A stretch of 60,344 bases of DNA from Nanobdellota archaeon (GCA_038045945.1 JBBSXC010000005.1:1-60344); one strand, 5' to 3'; shown: positions 46,948 to 57,627, counted from the stretch's first letter. Program-made: numbers and translations. Notes: a model not told the origin generated them from the sequence alone.

Positions 46948-47768
46948 TGGAAGTAACAAGACTAACCAAGAAAAGAATAGCAGAATACTTACTGCAAGGT
47001 AAAAGGTTTGATGGTCGAACAGCTCAAGAATTTAGAGATATAACAATAACTTTAGGCGCTAGTAACATGGCAGAAGGAAGCGCAACAGTAAAACTAGGAA
47101 AAACAGAAGTAATAGCAGGAGTTAAGATGAACGTTGGAACACCATACCCTAATGAAGAAGAAAGTGGAACTATGAGCGTAGGAATGGAACTACTTCCACT
47201 ATCAAGCAACAGGTACGAAGCAGGACCGCCAAAATTCGACGCAACAGAAATAGGAAGACTAATAGACAGAGGTCTGAGAGACAGCGGAATGATAGACTTC
47301 AAAAAATTATGCATTAAAGTAGGGGAAAAAGTATGGATGATAAACATAGACATATACTCAATAAATGATGATGGTAACCTTCTAGACGCAGCAGGAATAG
47401 CAGCAATAGCAGCCCTTAGAAGTGCTAAGATGCCTAAGTATGACGAAACAACAGGAAGAGTACAATTTGGAGAATGGACTGATAACGCACTACCATTAGA
47501 CTTAAGCGTTATGCCAATAAACGTAACATTCCACAAAATAGGAGACAAATTCTTAGTAGACCCTAGCGCAATAGAAGAAGACTCAAGCGACTCAAGAATG
47601 GCAATAGGACTATCAGAATACCAGGGAAAAGTAATGATTAACAGCATACAAAAAAGCGAAAGCGCAGAAATGTCAATAAACGAAGTAGAACAAGTACTAG
47701 ACATGGCAGAAGAAGCATTTAAGAACCTTAAAATAAAAGTAGAGAAAGCACTAAAGGAGAAAAAATAA
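46947..47768 (+). CDS. rrp42: exosome subunit Rrp42
   Basis: RFDGR...[26 protein letters not shown] and NDDGNLLDA. Confidence 0.95.
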   Translation: MEVTRLTKKRIAEYLLQGKRFDGRTAQEFRDITITLGASNMAEGSATVKLGKTEVIAGVKMNVGTPYPNEEESGTMSVGMELLPLSSNRYEAGPPKFDATEIGRLIDRGLRDSGMIDFKKLCIKVGEKVWMINIDIYSINDDGNLLDAAGIAAIAALRSAKMPKYDETTGRVQFGEWTDNALPLDLSVMPINVTFHKIGDKFLVDPSAIEEDSSDSRMAIGLSEYQGKVMINSIQKSESAEMSINEVEQVLDMAEEAFKNLKIKVEKALKEKK

Positions 47769-47772
47769 CACC

Positions 47773-48195
47773 ATGATGCATGACTTAGAAGAATTAGAAA
47801 AAAAGTTCACAAAGTACGAAATAGCAAGAATTCTAGGAGCTAGAGCATTACAAATAGCTATGGACGCACCACTAATGGTCAAAATAGAAAAAGAGGAACT
47901 AGAAAGAATAAAATACGACCCTTTACTAATAGCTGAAAAAGAATTACGAGCAGAAGCATTACCAATAACTGTTAACAGACCTTTACCAAGAAAAACAGAC
48001 AAAGAATTATCATTTGAAACACAAGAAAAAGAATTGCAAATAAGTAAGGAAGAAGAAGACAAAAAAATGAAAATAACTGAAGAAAAAGAAGAAAAAAGCA
48101 TCAAGGAAGAAGGAGAAATAATGGAGTTAGCTAACCCTGATGACGAATTCGACAGCGAAGCAAGCGATGACGGCGACAGCGCAGAAGTAGACTAA
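47773..48195 (+). CDS. rpoK: RNA polymerase subunit Rpo6 (K) with acidic C-terminal extension
   Basis: [28 protein letters not shown]...LPITVNRP. Confidence 0.93.
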   Translation: MMHDLEELEKKFTKYEIARILGARALQIAMDAPLMVKIEKEELERIKYDPLLIAEKELRAEALPITVNRPLPRKTDKELSFETQEKELQISKEEEDKKMKITEEKEEKSIKEEGEIMELANPDDEFDSEASDDGDSAEVD

Positions 48196-48198
48196 CTA

Positions 48199-48711
48199 AT
48201 GGTAATCACACAAAAAAACATAAAGAAAGAATCGTTTATCTTTGCAGTGTGCGTATTTTTCTACGGTTTTATTCTAGCAGCAATACTATCCTGGGGACAA
48301 CCACAAATAACTAACATCATAGGAAGCATAATAGTTGCTACAACACTAGGATTCTCTATTTATTCAGGGAAAAAATGGTTATCAAACCAAAATCCTACAA
48401 AAATTTTCTATAAGATGCCACTAGCGTCACTCTACACATCAGTTATTATATCAGCACTAATAGAAGTTTACATTATGATATGGGTTTTTATAACAAACCC
48501 AGGAGAAAGCGGAATGGCTATTATATTCTGGCCTATCTATTCTTTAGCCTATATCATCGGATCAATGGTTGCAAGCCTAATAATTGCTACTTACTTATAC
48601 GCATACAAATTTTGGGGTAAGAAAACGCTTCTAAAATGGGTAGCGATAATACTACTAGCCTTACCTTACGCATTTGTGATAATGGACCTCATACAAAAGG
48701 GCATGAGATAA
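48199..48711 (+). CDS. hypothetical membrane protein
   Basis: About five TM helices. Confidence 0.7.
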   Translation: MVITQKNIKKESFIFAVCVFFYGFILAAILSWGQPQITNIIGSIIVATTLGFSIYSGKKWLSNQNPTKIFYKMPLASLYTSVIISALIEVYIMIWVFITNPGESGMAIIFWPIYSLAYIIGSMVASLIIATYLYAYKFWGKKTLLKWVAIILLALPYAFVIMDLIQKGMR

Positions 48712-48766
48712 AGCTTAATTATCTAAGAGACATAATTTTATAAATATAAACTAACACTAGTAATTA

Positions 48767-49129
48767 ATGACCTCTAGAATAGTGGGAAAAGTTTTTGACG
48801 GCGGTTTAGAATCAGTGATATGTTTAGGATTAAGTACAATAATGCACGTAGCAACACCATTTGTTATACCATCAATGAGGAAGAGTGCAGATTTAAGAGC
48901 AACATATAAGGATTTATCAAGTGCAGCTATGAGTGAAAGTAACATTACAGCCATGTCATGGATTGTGGGAGGAGTAATAGGGCTAGGTACTGATTTAGCA
49001 GCATTTTATCATGTAACAAGAGAAAAACCCGCACTTTTATTAATACCAGCATTAACAAACACCATAAGCGGAATTTATGAGTATCTGACTTATAGAGCAG
49101 ATAAAACCATTGATAACGAGAACGACTAA
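48767..49129 (+). CDS. hypothetical membrane protein
   Basis: Hydrophobic segments and a P.LTN..SG.YEY motif. Confidence 0.6.
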   Translation: MTSRIVGKVFDGGLESVICLGLSTIMHVATPFVIPSMRKSADLRATYKDLSSAAMSESNITAMSWIVGGVIGLGTDLAAFYHVTREKPALLLIPALTNTISGIYEYLTYRADKTIDNEND

Positions 49130-49134
49130 GAACT

Positions 49135-49506
49135 ATGACAGTAACTATTGATGACTTAACTGTATTAGACGGATTAAGAGTGAGAGTAGAAAATTTAGGC
49201 AGAGTTGATGGAGAAATAAAAATCGTTAATTCTTATGAGGGAGTAGTCCTAAGAACACCAAGATGTGATGGGAGGGCAACAATGGCAGTAGCACATAGGG
49301 ATGGAAAAAGATTATCCTGGACTAATTTGTACCCGGCAGAAAAACACATGAATGAATACGCAGTAATAGGAATAGTTAGAGGAATTGAGAGAATAACCAT
49401 CCAAATCCCAGGTTCCGGCGGAGGATATTATGACCATCAGAGTCGTGGAGTAACACAAGATGAATCAGATAATGCTGAATTAGCATTACTAGAAGCAGGA
49501 CTATAA
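49135..49506 (+). CDS. hypothetical protein
   Basis: 123-aa ORF starting 5 nt after the previous gene. Confidence 0.6.
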   Translation: MTVTIDDLTVLDGLRVRVENLGRVDGEIKIVNSYEGVVLRTPRCDGRATMAVAHRDGKRLSWTNLYPAEKHMNEYAVIGIVRGIERITIQIPGSGGGYYDHQSRGVTQDESDNAELALLEAGL

Positions 49507-49519
49507 AAAATAAATATTT

Positions 49520-49750
49520 CTAAAAACTCTTAACAATTTTCTTTGATTTTTTGATAATACTTCTAGAACCCTTTTTTACCTTATTCAGAACTTTTCTAGC
49601 CCAAACAAAATGACCTGCAAGAATTACTAAACCAAGAATAATCAAAGGAATACCAGGACCAGGCAAAAACAATAAAGCAAAACCAGCGATCAACAAAAAG
49701 CTACCTAAAACTATCAAAGAAAGATTAACAATGGAGTAAATTTTTTTCAT
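49520..49750 (-). CDS. PGPGW-family small membrane protein
   Basis: G.ALLFLPGPGIPLIILGL.ILA..F.WA. Confidence 0.8.
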   Translation of the reverse strand: MKKIYSIVNLSLIVLGSFLLIAGFALLFLPGPGIPLIILGLVILAGHFVWARKVLNKVKKGSRSIIKKSKKIVKSF

Positions 49751-49800
49751 TAATAGGCTAAGTAACTAATCTTTATAAATCAGCATTAATTAATCATTTC

Positions 49801-52449
49801 ATGCATGAACATAAGGGGTTAGACGAAAAAGAGGTAGAAGAAGGAAGGAAAAAGTATGGTTATAACGAAATCCAAGACTTATCAAAAATAACCCCCATAC
49901 AAATAATCTTGAGAACATTCAAAAGCAACTTCGTCGTTTACTTACTAATAATTGCTGCATCACTATCATTCTTAGTAGGGAAAACAGTAACAGGATGGGT
50001 AATAATAGCAACAATAACAGTAGTAATATCAACAGCATTCATACAAGAATACCGAGCTGAAAAAGCTATAGAAGCACTAAAAGGAATGGTAATACCAGTA
50101 TCAGTAGTTATAAGATCAGGATTAGAAATAAAAATACCATCAAGAGAAATAATACCTGGAGACATATTAGTCTTACGAAGCGGGGAAAGAATACCAGCAG
50201 ACTGCGTGCTACTAGAAGAAAATAATATTTTGGCAGACGAATCAATACTAACAGGAGAAAGTAAAGCCGTGCCTAAAAGAGCAGCAAAAAACGCGGATGA
50301 CAAAGAAAAATCTTGCCAATTATTCATGGGATCATTCATAACTAATGGAAGGGGAATAGCAAGAGTAACAAGCATAGGTATGAACACAAATTTTGGAAAG
50401 ATAGCAGGACTAATATCAAAAACAGAAAAAGAATTACCACTGCAAAAAAAAGTTAATTCAATAACAAAAAAAATAATCATTCTAGGAATAAGTTTCGCCA
50501 TACTAACAGGACTTATAATGTTCCTAAGAATGGACGGAATAACAACAAGCGGACTTCTAGAACTAGCACTACTAATAATAGCCATATCAGTAGCATCATT
50601 CCCAGAAGGATTCCCAGTAGTTCTGACAACATCACTATCAGTAGGAGCTTTTAGGATGGCGAGAAATAACGCAATAGTTAACAGAATGTCAATAATAGAA
50701 ACTTTAGGAGAAACAACAGTTATTTGTTCTGACAAAACAGGAACAATAACAAAGGGAGAAATGACAGTTAAAAAAATGTTTTTTGATAACAGCATAATAG
50801 AAGTCACAGGAGCAGGCTATAACTCGCAAGGAGAATTTCTTTACGAAGGGAAAAATTTTGATGTAAGAAAAAACTCTGTTGGGAAAATAATTATTGACGC
50901 AGCAATTAATTGTAATGACGCAAAAATATCAAACACAGGAGAAGAAGGAAAATATAGCATTATTGGAACACCAACAGAAGCAGCAATACTAATAATGGGA
51001 GCTAAAGCAAAAAGAACAAAAGAAGACTACTCTAGCTACCAAAGAATTGAAGAAATACCATTCAACTCAACAAGAAAAATAATGTCAGTTTTATGCAAGA
51101 CACACGAAGGAAACTATTTGTACAGTAAAGGAGCAGTGGAAGTACTAATAAAGAAGTGTAAAATGGTCCAGAGAGTTAATGGAGTATTCACAATGACAGA
51201 TAAAGAAAGAGAAAGAATACTAAAAGAAAATCACAAAATGAATACCTCAGCACTAAGAACATTAGGATTAGCATACAAAAAAGTAAGCACTAAAGAAATA
51301 AACAGCGCAGAAAAAGACTTAGTATTCTTAGGTTTTGTTGGAATGGAAGACCCACCACGCGAAGAAGTATCACAAGCAATAAAAATGTGCACTAGTGCAG
51401 GAATAACAGTTAAGATGATAACAGGAGACAATAGAGAAACAGCCCTAGCAATAGCAGAACAAGTGGGTTTAGGAACAAAAATAATTATTGGTGAAGAAAT
51501 AGAAAAATTATCAGAAGAAGAATTAAGACAAACAGTTAAGAAAATAACAATCTTTGCTAGAGTAACACCAGAACACAAAATAAGAATTGTAAGAGCACTA
51601 AAAGCCAACGGTGAAGTAGTAGCAATGACTGGCGATGGAGTTAATGACGCACCAGCACTAAAAGAAGCACACATAGGAATAGCTATGGGCAAGAACGGAA
51701 CAGACGTTTCTCGTTCAGTAGCAGATTTAGTGTTAAAGGATGATAATTTTGCAACGATAGTATCAGCTATTAATGAAGGAAGAACAGTTTTCAAAAACAT
51801 AAGAAAGTTCGCATCATACCAAATTGCTTGCACACAATCAGAACTATCAATATTATTCTTAGGCGTTCTTCTAGCACCGTTTTTTGGCTGGCAAGTACCA
51901 ATAATCAGTGGAATACAAATATTATTCATGAACATCGTTACTAGTGATTTACCAGCAATAACTCTAGGACTTAACCCTTCATCAAAAGACAACATGCTAA
52001 TACCACCAAGAAAAAGAGAAGAATCATCACTTATAACACCAGATTACACAAAACTAATAATTTTTTCCGGAATAATTATGGGACTATTAACACTATCATC
52101 ATACTACTTATCATACAACGTACTAGGATCAACACAACAAGAAGCACAAACAGTAGCGTTAGTAACACTAATAATCATAGAGATAGGGAACGCTTTCAAC
52201 TTCAGATCATTTAGAAAAGGAGTATTTGGAAGATCACTCCTAGTTAACAAATACTTATTTTTAGCATCATTAACATCAATAATTGCAACACTAATAATAA
52301 TTTACACACCAGTAAGTAAAGTCTTCCAAACAATACCAATAGGATTAGAATTCTGGGCAGTAGCAATATCACTAACACTTATAATGATAATAGTATATGA
52401 CATACTAAAATACTTTAACAACAAGAGAGAATTCCTAAAAATAAACTAG
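49801..52449 (+). CDS. P-type cation-transporting ATPase (type II, Ca2+-like)
   Basis: TGES, PEGF, DKTGT, KGA, DPPR, TGDN and GDGVNDAPAL. Confidence 0.95.
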   Translation: MHEHKGLDEKEVEEGRKKYGYNEIQDLSKITPIQIILRTFKSNFVVYLLIIAASLSFLVGKTVTGWVIIATITVVISTAFIQEYRAEKAIEALKGMVIPVSVVIRSGLEIKIPSREIIPGDILVLRSGERIPADCVLLEENNILADESILTGESKAVPKRAAKNADDKEKSCQLFMGSFITNGRGIARVTSIGMNTNFGKIAGLISKTEKELPLQKKVNSITKKIIILGISFAILTGLIMFLRMDGITTSGLLELALLIIAISVASFPEGFPVVLTTSLSVGAFRMARNNAIVNRMSIIETLGETTVICSDKTGTITKGEMTVKKMFFDNSIIEVTGAGYNSQGEFLYEGKNFDVRKNSVGKIIIDAAINCNDAKISNTGEEGKYSIIGTPTEAAILIMGAKAKRTKEDYSSYQRIEEIPFNSTRKIMSVLCKTHEGNYLYSKGAVEVLIKKCKMVQRVNGVFTMTDKERERILKENHKMNTSALRTLGLAYKKVSTKEINSAEKDLVFLGFVGMEDPPREEVSQAIKMCTSAGITVKMITGDNRETALAIAEQVGLGTKIIIGEEIEKLSEEELRQTVKKITIFARVTPEHKIRIVRALKANGEVVAMTGDGVNDAPALKEAHIGIAMGKNGTDVSRSVADLVLKDDNFATIVSAINEGRTVFKNIRKFASYQIACTQSELSILFLGVLLAPFFGWQVPIISGIQILFMNIVTSDLPAITLGLNPSSKDNMLIPPRKREESSLITPDYTKLIIFSGIIMGLLTLSSYYLSYNVLGSTQQEAQTVALVTLIIIEIGNAFNFRSFRKGVFGRSLLVNKYLFLASLTSIIATLIIIYTPVSKVFQTIPIGLEFWAVAISLTLIMIIVYDILKYFNNKREFLKIN

Positions 52450-52543
52450 TAACCGCACAATTAATAAACCAAGATATATACTTTAGAATATATAATGAGA
52501 TGAATACATCTCAAATTTAAATTTTTAAAGACAAAAAATTAAA

Positions 52544-53746
52544 ATGATTATAAAAGAGTCAAAAGGGGAGATAATTCTTAATTCTCGTAACGAAACAACT
52601 ATTTCTTACACAATAAAAACTGGTAAAGGAATATTCAAAACTAGCGCACCTAACGGCAAAAGCAAAGGAAAGTATGAAGCAAAACCGTGGGGTAAAGAAG
52701 GAGATGGAGGAATAGTACACGACGTTACAGCTCTAAACGAGATAAGAATGAGCGAGATAACAAGCATTGATGATATAGAAAGAATAAGCAAGATATATAG
52801 CGGACTTGTAGGAGCTAACACTAGATTCGCACTAGAAGGAAGCCTTCTAAAAGCATGGGCAGCAGAACACGGAATGCAACTGTGGGAACTAATAAGCGGA
52901 GGAAAAAACATTCACAAGATGCCAATGCCTGTAGGAAACACCATAGGAGGAGGACTGCATTCAGTTGAAGGTAAGAAGGTATCAACACCAGAATTCCAAG
53001 AATTCTTATTCATTGCCGGACAACAAACAAAAACATTCAAAGAAGCAGCAGAACTAAACGACCAAGCATACAAAGAAGCGGGATTGATGCTAAAAAAGTA
53101 TGATGACTCATTCAGAAGCGAAAAGAATGATGAGGGAGCATGGAAAACAAAACTAACAAACGAACACATACTAAAAATAATGTTCATAATAGCAAAAAAG
53201 TTAGGATTAAGAGTAGGAATTGACGCAGCAGCATCAAGCTTTTATGAAGGATTCTACAAGTACCATGACAAAACACTAAACGACACAGGACAAATAAACC
53301 ACATAGAACACATAATAGACGATTACGAACTATTATACGTAGAAGACCCACTAGGAGAAAAAGAATTCTACTTCTTCAAAAAACTATTAGAAAAAACAAA
53401 AGAAGAACACCAAGAAACACTAATAGTAGGCGATGACCTAACAGTTACGAATCACGACAGACTAAAAAAAGCAATAACAGAAAAATCAATTAATACTATA
53501 ATAATAAAACCTAACCAGAACGGAAGCATTTTTGAAACAGGGAAAGTGGTGAAATTAGCTAAAGACCACAACATTAAGATAATCGTTTCTCATAGAAGCG
53601 GAGAAACGATGGATGACACTATTGCTGACTTGGCCGTTGGTTGGGATGCTGATTATATTAAGTGCGGAGTTCACGGAAAAGAAAGAAGAGCAAAAATAAA
53701 CAGGTTATTAGAAATAGAAAGAAAAATACAAAAGAAAAAGAAATAA
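52544..53746 (+). CDS. eno: enolase
   Basis: GGGLH, QEF, DEG, DAAASSF, EDP, VGDDL, KPNQ.G, SHRSGET and IKCG. Confidence 0.92.
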   Translation: MIIKESKGEIILNSRNETTISYTIKTGKGIFKTSAPNGKSKGKYEAKPWGKEGDGGIVHDVTALNEIRMSEITSIDDIERISKIYSGLVGANTRFALEGSLLKAWAAEHGMQLWELISGGKNIHKMPMPVGNTIGGGLHSVEGKKVSTPEFQEFLFIAGQQTKTFKEAAELNDQAYKEAGLMLKKYDDSFRSEKNDEGAWKTKLTNEHILKIMFIIAKKLGLRVGIDAAASSFYEGFYKYHDKTLNDTGQINHIEHIIDDYELLYVEDPLGEKEFYFFKKLLEKTKEEHQETLIVGDDLTVTNHDRLKKAITEKSINTIIIKPNQNGSIFETGKVVKLAKDHNIKIIVSHRSGETMDDTIADLAVGWDADYIKCGVHGKERRAKINRLLEIERKIQKKKK

Positions 53747-54207
53747 TGAGGAAAACTTCAAGAAACACTAAAGAAGCATTTTTGTGGATTGTGGGTATTC
53801 TTAAAAATAATGATGTTCCTTTCAGGATATCTGGTGGTCTGGCAGCTAGACTTTACGGCACTAAGAGAAAATTAGCAGACATAGACCTGGAAATAAAGAA
53901 GAAAGATTTTAACAAGATATTAGCAGAGATTATTATTTACGCAAAATCTAAACCAAAATATTATCGTGACAAAAACTGGAATGTTTACGGAATGACTCTT
54001 AATTACAAAAATCAGTTAATAGATGTCTCAGCAAGAGATGACGTCAAATTGTTTGATTATCAAAAGAAGAAATGGTTTATGCCAAAAGATAAAATTCCTG
54101 ATAAAAAAATGAGAATTTATGGTTTAGTTGTGCCCGTACAAAACCGAGAAGAACTAATTGACTATAAAACACGTCTTGGAAGAAAAGTCGATAGGATCGA
54201 AGTTTAA
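53746..54207 (+). CDS. putative nucleotidyltransferase-fold protein
   Basis: ISGGLAARLYG..R.LADIDL; the ATG overlaps the eno stop (TAATG). Confidence 0.7.
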   Translation: MRKTSRNTKEAFLWIVGILKNNDVPFRISGGLAARLYGTKRKLADIDLEIKKKDFNKILAEIIIYAKSKPKYYRDKNWNVYGMTLNYKNQLIDVSARDDVKLFDYQKKKWFMPKDKIPDKKMRIYGLVVPVQNREELIDYKTRLGRKVDRIEV

Positions 54208-54289
54208 AGAATGATAAAAGCAGGAAAGTAAAAATTTCGTCTCTTCTTAGACTGCACTTATTTATTTAACAAAAAAACCATTATTTTTT

Positions 54290-54550
54290 ATGAGTGATTC
54301 ATACAAAAGTGCTATAATCCTTGTTGGAGTATTATTCATCCTTCTAGGACTAATATCTGCAAAGTATAGTATTGTTCTAACAGAGGAGAACTTACTTCAA
54401 AAGAAGACTTATACTGAAAAACCTTACGAGTCTTACTCGATACCCCTAATGATTGCGGGCATAGCACTAGTAATAGTTGGTGCAGCAATGTCCGGACGAG
54501 AAACAGTAGTTAGAGAAAGAGTAATAACAAAAAGAAGAGAAGAAGACTAA
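54290..54550 (+). CDS. small two-TM membrane protein
   Basis: Two hydrophobic helices. Confidence 0.65.
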   Translation: MSDSYKSAIILVGVLFILLGLISAKYSIVLTEENLLQKKTYTEKPYESYSIPLMIAGIALVIVGAAMSGRETVVRERVITKRREED

Positions 54551-54720
54551 CATAGTATAGAAATTATTATTAACTTAGAAAAATAGAAAAAATAATAGTT
54601 TTTGGTGACGAATTCAAACCTTATTCTCAAGAGTTAAGAGGAGACTTATTAGATTATTTACGAGAGCATGATGGTTTTAGTACTGATAACGCATTTGAGG
54701 GACCAAAATATTTTTTTGTT

Positions 54721-54948
54721 ATGAAAGATAAAGGATTTATTATCCCTGGGTTAAGCTGGGTAAGAGTTGATAGAAGCCCAATACCAGATATAGGATATAT
54801 AGTAAACTCTGAGTATATGTTAGAAAGTCCTGGTGAAGGAGAACCAAGTATGAGCCTTATGGGAGCACCAAGAGGCGTTTATGATCCTAGAGAAGCATTA
54901 AGAGGCGCAAGCTGGTCTATTAACTTTTTAAATCTCGGAGAGCACTAA
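54721..54948 (+). CDS. hypothetical protein (frame open upstream to 54574)
   Basis: 75 aa from the first ATG, with a coding-like upstream extension. Confidence 0.45.
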   Translation: MKDKGFIIPGLSWVRVDRSPIPDIGYIVNSEYMLESPGEGEPSMSLMGAPRGVYDPREALRGASWSINFLNLGEH

Positions 54949-54978
54949 GATAACATTTATATTACCAAAAACCCAAAA

Positions 54979-55590
54979 GTGTGGATGAATGAAAAAGTCT
55001 TATGGGGCAACAACGCACTAAAATATACCGGAGCAGCAGGATTTTTTTTAATTGCTGCAGCCATAATATGGAAAATATCACAAGGACCTAGTAATTTTTT
55101 GAAACCAGCATTATACCTTTTCTCTGCCATCATGTTATACTTATCCATTAACGCTTGCTTTTCTAAGGAGTTGATCGTTACAGATAAAGGAGCAAGGCTA
55201 GGAACTTACTATTTATCAAAGCCAAAAACACTTAAATGGAGCTTTAATGCGCTAACAAGTATTTTTAGGAGAAGAATATTCATATCATGGAAAGAAATAG
55301 TGTCCATCAAGAAAGAGTCAAAAGTTTACAGAATATATAGAATTGGCGGACCTTCTTTTTATTCCAAGCAAGAATTTTATTTAATAAGAACTAGGAAAGG
55401 CAATAAATTCTGGGTTCCAGTAAGTTCACAATCATTTAAGAAGAGGATTATTGACCTTGATAAACTATTATTTAGCAAGGGCAAAAAACTAGAGCTCATT
55501 GAAAACCCAACATTTACAGCTAATATTCTAAAGTTAACCTTTATCTGCCTTGTTTTAGCAGTATTCCTTACAATAGTGCTAGGGTTCTAA
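54979..55590 (+). CDS. hypothetical membrane protein (possible bacterial PH-like domain)
   Basis: Two N-terminal TMs, a 'FISWKEIVSI' segment and a C-terminal TM. Confidence 0.6.
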   Translation: MWMNEKVLWGNNALKYTGAAGFFLIAAAIIWKISQGPSNFLKPALYLFSAIMLYLSINACFSKELIVTDKGARLGTYYLSKPKTLKWSFNALTSIFRRRIFISWKEIVSIKKESKVYRIYRIGGPSFYSKQEFYLIRTRKGNKFWVPVSSQSFKKRIIDLDKLLFSKGKKLELIENPTFTANILKLTFICLVLAVFLTIVLGF

Positions 55591-55603
55591 TTATCGCAAA
55601 AGC

Positions 55604-55611
55604 TTTAAATA
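55604..55611 (+). promoter_or_regulatory. TATA box of rps2
   Basis: CGCAAAAGC-TTTAAATA (BRE plus TATA) lies 23-30 nt before ATG 55634. Confidence 0.6.
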
Positions 55612-55633
55612 CGCACTTTTTCTGTAGTCTTTT

Positions 55634-56581
55634 ATGGCTAAACAAGCAAGTAATAAGTCTGATGAAGAATCAGTCAAAGAGATAGCAACAGAAGTAAAAA
55701 AAGAAGCAACAAAGAAAAGCAAGGTTAGTAAGTCTAAATCTGAAGAAAAAAGTGATGAAGAATCAGTAATGGTAATTGCTGAAGAGGTTAAGAAAGAGGC
55801 AACAGAGGACGGAGTTGTTGAAACAAAGGTTAAGAAACAAATAAAAGTAAAACTTGAAGATGTTGTACCAAAAACAGACAAGGACGCTAACACACTAATA
55901 CCTCTAAACGACTATATTAGAAGTGGAACTTATATCGGAACAAAAGTAATAACACCACACATGAGACCTTTCATCTACAGAAGAAGAAATGACGGAATAG
56001 CAATAATTAACACCAACATAATTGACGAAAAACTTAAAGAAGCAGCAAGATTCTTAGGAGACTTCAACCCAGAAAACATAATAATTGTTTGTAAAAGAGA
56101 AAGCGGATGGAGAGCAGTAAAACTATTCTCAGAACTAACAGGAATAAGAGTATTCACAAAAAAGTATCCAGCTGGAATAATAACTAACACAGCACTACCA
56201 GACTTTTTCGAAACAGAACTAGTAGTAATATGCGACCCATGGATTGACAAAAACGCACTAAGCGACGCACTAAAAATGAAGAAGAAAGTATTAGGATTAT
56301 GCGACACAAACAACTTCTCATTCGGAGTGGACAAAGTAGTACCTTGCAACAACAAAAGTAACAAGTCATTAGGAGTAATATTCTACATACTAGCAAGAGA
56401 ATACATGAAAATTCAAAGAATTAACAAACCTCTACCACCAATGAAAGACTTCATAGGAGAGGAACTCGAAGACTTCATAAAAGAGAAAAAGATAGACAAA
56501 GAAAAGAAAGAAGAATTAGAAGAAGCAAAAAGCAAAGTAGAAAAACTACTTAGCTTCAATGATGACGAAGAAGAAAACTAA
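55634..56581 (+). CDS. rps2: 30S ribosomal protein uS2 with long charged extensions
   Basis: LIPL.DY..SG.YIGTK....M.PFIY, K.Y.AG.ITN, DP..D.NA and LCDTNN..V.PCNNK...SLG. Confidence 0.93.
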   Translation: MAKQASNKSDEESVKEIATEVKKEATKKSKVSKSKSEEKSDEESVMVIAEEVKKEATEDGVVETKVKKQIKVKLEDVVPKTDKDANTLIPLNDYIRSGTYIGTKVITPHMRPFIYRRRNDGIAIINTNIIDEKLKEAARFLGDFNPENIIIVCKRESGWRAVKLFSELTGIRVFTKKYPAGIITNTALPDFFETELVVICDPWIDKNALSDALKMKKKVLGLCDTNNFSFGVDKVVPCNNKSNKSLGVIFYILAREYMKIQRINKPLPPMKDFIGEELEDFIKEKKIDKEKKEELEEAKSKVEKLLSFNDDEEEN

Positions 56582-56604
56582 GAAGAAGTGATAGGACGAT
56601 TTTT

Positions 56605-56910
56605 ATGAGTAAAGCAGATTATCAACGTGATGAAAATTCTTGCCCAATATATCGATTCTGTAACAGTAATTTAAGAGATCATGGTTTTGAAACTCATAGA
56701 GATGTCTTATTAGGGTCAAACGGAATTAAAAGTCATCACTATTCCCAAGTTAGAATAGAGTCATGTTTAAGTCAATGCGGGTCATCAAGAGACTCGGGAG
56801 ACAGAGGAATGTGCGAAAGAAGACCTTTTGTTGAAGTAAACGGAGAAATTATTAATGCAGAAAATACTATCAGGCTAACCCAGAAGCTAGTTAATGATAG
56901 ATTAACTTAA
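56605..56910 (+). CDS. hypothetical Cys-rich protein
   Basis: CPIY.FC ... CL.QC ... C. Confidence 0.55.
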   Translation: MSKADYQRDENSCPIYRFCNSNLRDHGFETHRDVLLGSNGIKSHHYSQVRIESCLSQCGSSRDSGDRGMCERRPFVEVNGEIINAENTIRLTQKLVNDRLT

Positions 56911-57302
56911 ATTCTTTTAACTAAATTATCAACTTTTGTAATAATTTCTTTAATTATTGGTGATAAGTCTTGACCTCTTTCACCATCATGAACTTCTAAA
57001 CGAATAAGCTTCTTACCATGATTTATTGCCTGATTAAAAGTAGGAGTAGGAACATTATCAGCAACATTAACTATTATGTCAACCCAACGAAAAAGTTCCT
57101 CACTGAGAGGACTAGTAGAAACTTTAAGCTTCAAACCAAACTTCTCTGCAAACTTTTTCAAGCTAGAATCAACAGGATCACCCTTAATTAAACCAGCAGA
57201 CCTAACATGAATAGACTTATCACTATTAATCTTATTAAAATAAGCCTGCGCAACTTTACTCCTAAAACGATTATACTTACAAACAAAAAGAACGTTACCC
57301 AT
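56907..57302 (-). CDS. low-molecular-weight protein tyrosine phosphatase/ArsC-fold protein
   Basis: VLFVCKYNRFRS (CX5R) and SAG. Confidence 0.8.
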   Translation of the reverse strand: MGNVLFVCKYNRFRSKVAQAYFNKINSDKSIHVRSAGLIKGDPVDSSLKKFAEKFGLKLKVSTSPLSEELFRWVDIIVNVADNVPTPTFNQAINHGKKLIRLEVHDGERGQDLSPIIKEIITKVDNLVKRI

Positions 57303-57627
57303 AAAGAATTATCCCGATAAGTACAGTTATGTTAGAGGCCATGGCCAAAATATAAGCCACGATTAAAGGCTTCTCCTTATGAATAAAACCATAAATAAGC
57401 CAAGGAATATTAAACAAACAATAACCAATCCAAGAAATGATAGATAAACCAGAAGCGTTCTGCAAAGAATAAATATGAAATATTTGAGGAATAGCAATTA
57501 GAGGATGAATAATTGCAATGATTATCATAAACTTATCAAACAAACGAACAGCATTACTCTCCTTAGGCAAATTATTCCTCTTTCTTTTTGAAATATGATG
57601 AAGAACACCCCCTTGATTATTAGGCAT
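57295..57627 (-). CDS. SemiSWEET/PQ-loop transporter
   Basis: IPQI..I...QNASGLS..SW, W..YG..HKEKP and three TMs. Confidence 0.8.
   Translation of the reverse strand: MPNNQGGVLHHISKRKRNNLPKESNAVRLFDKFMIIIAIIHPLIAIPQIFHIYSLQNASGLSIISWIGYCLFNIPWLIYGFIHKEKPLIVAYILAMASNITVLIGIILYG

Noticed and set aside
52544-53746. Enolase as a pseudo-enzyme (PSGASTG loop reads PNGKSKG)
   Set aside because: The catalytic and Mg-binding motifs are retained, so simple divergence is sufficient.
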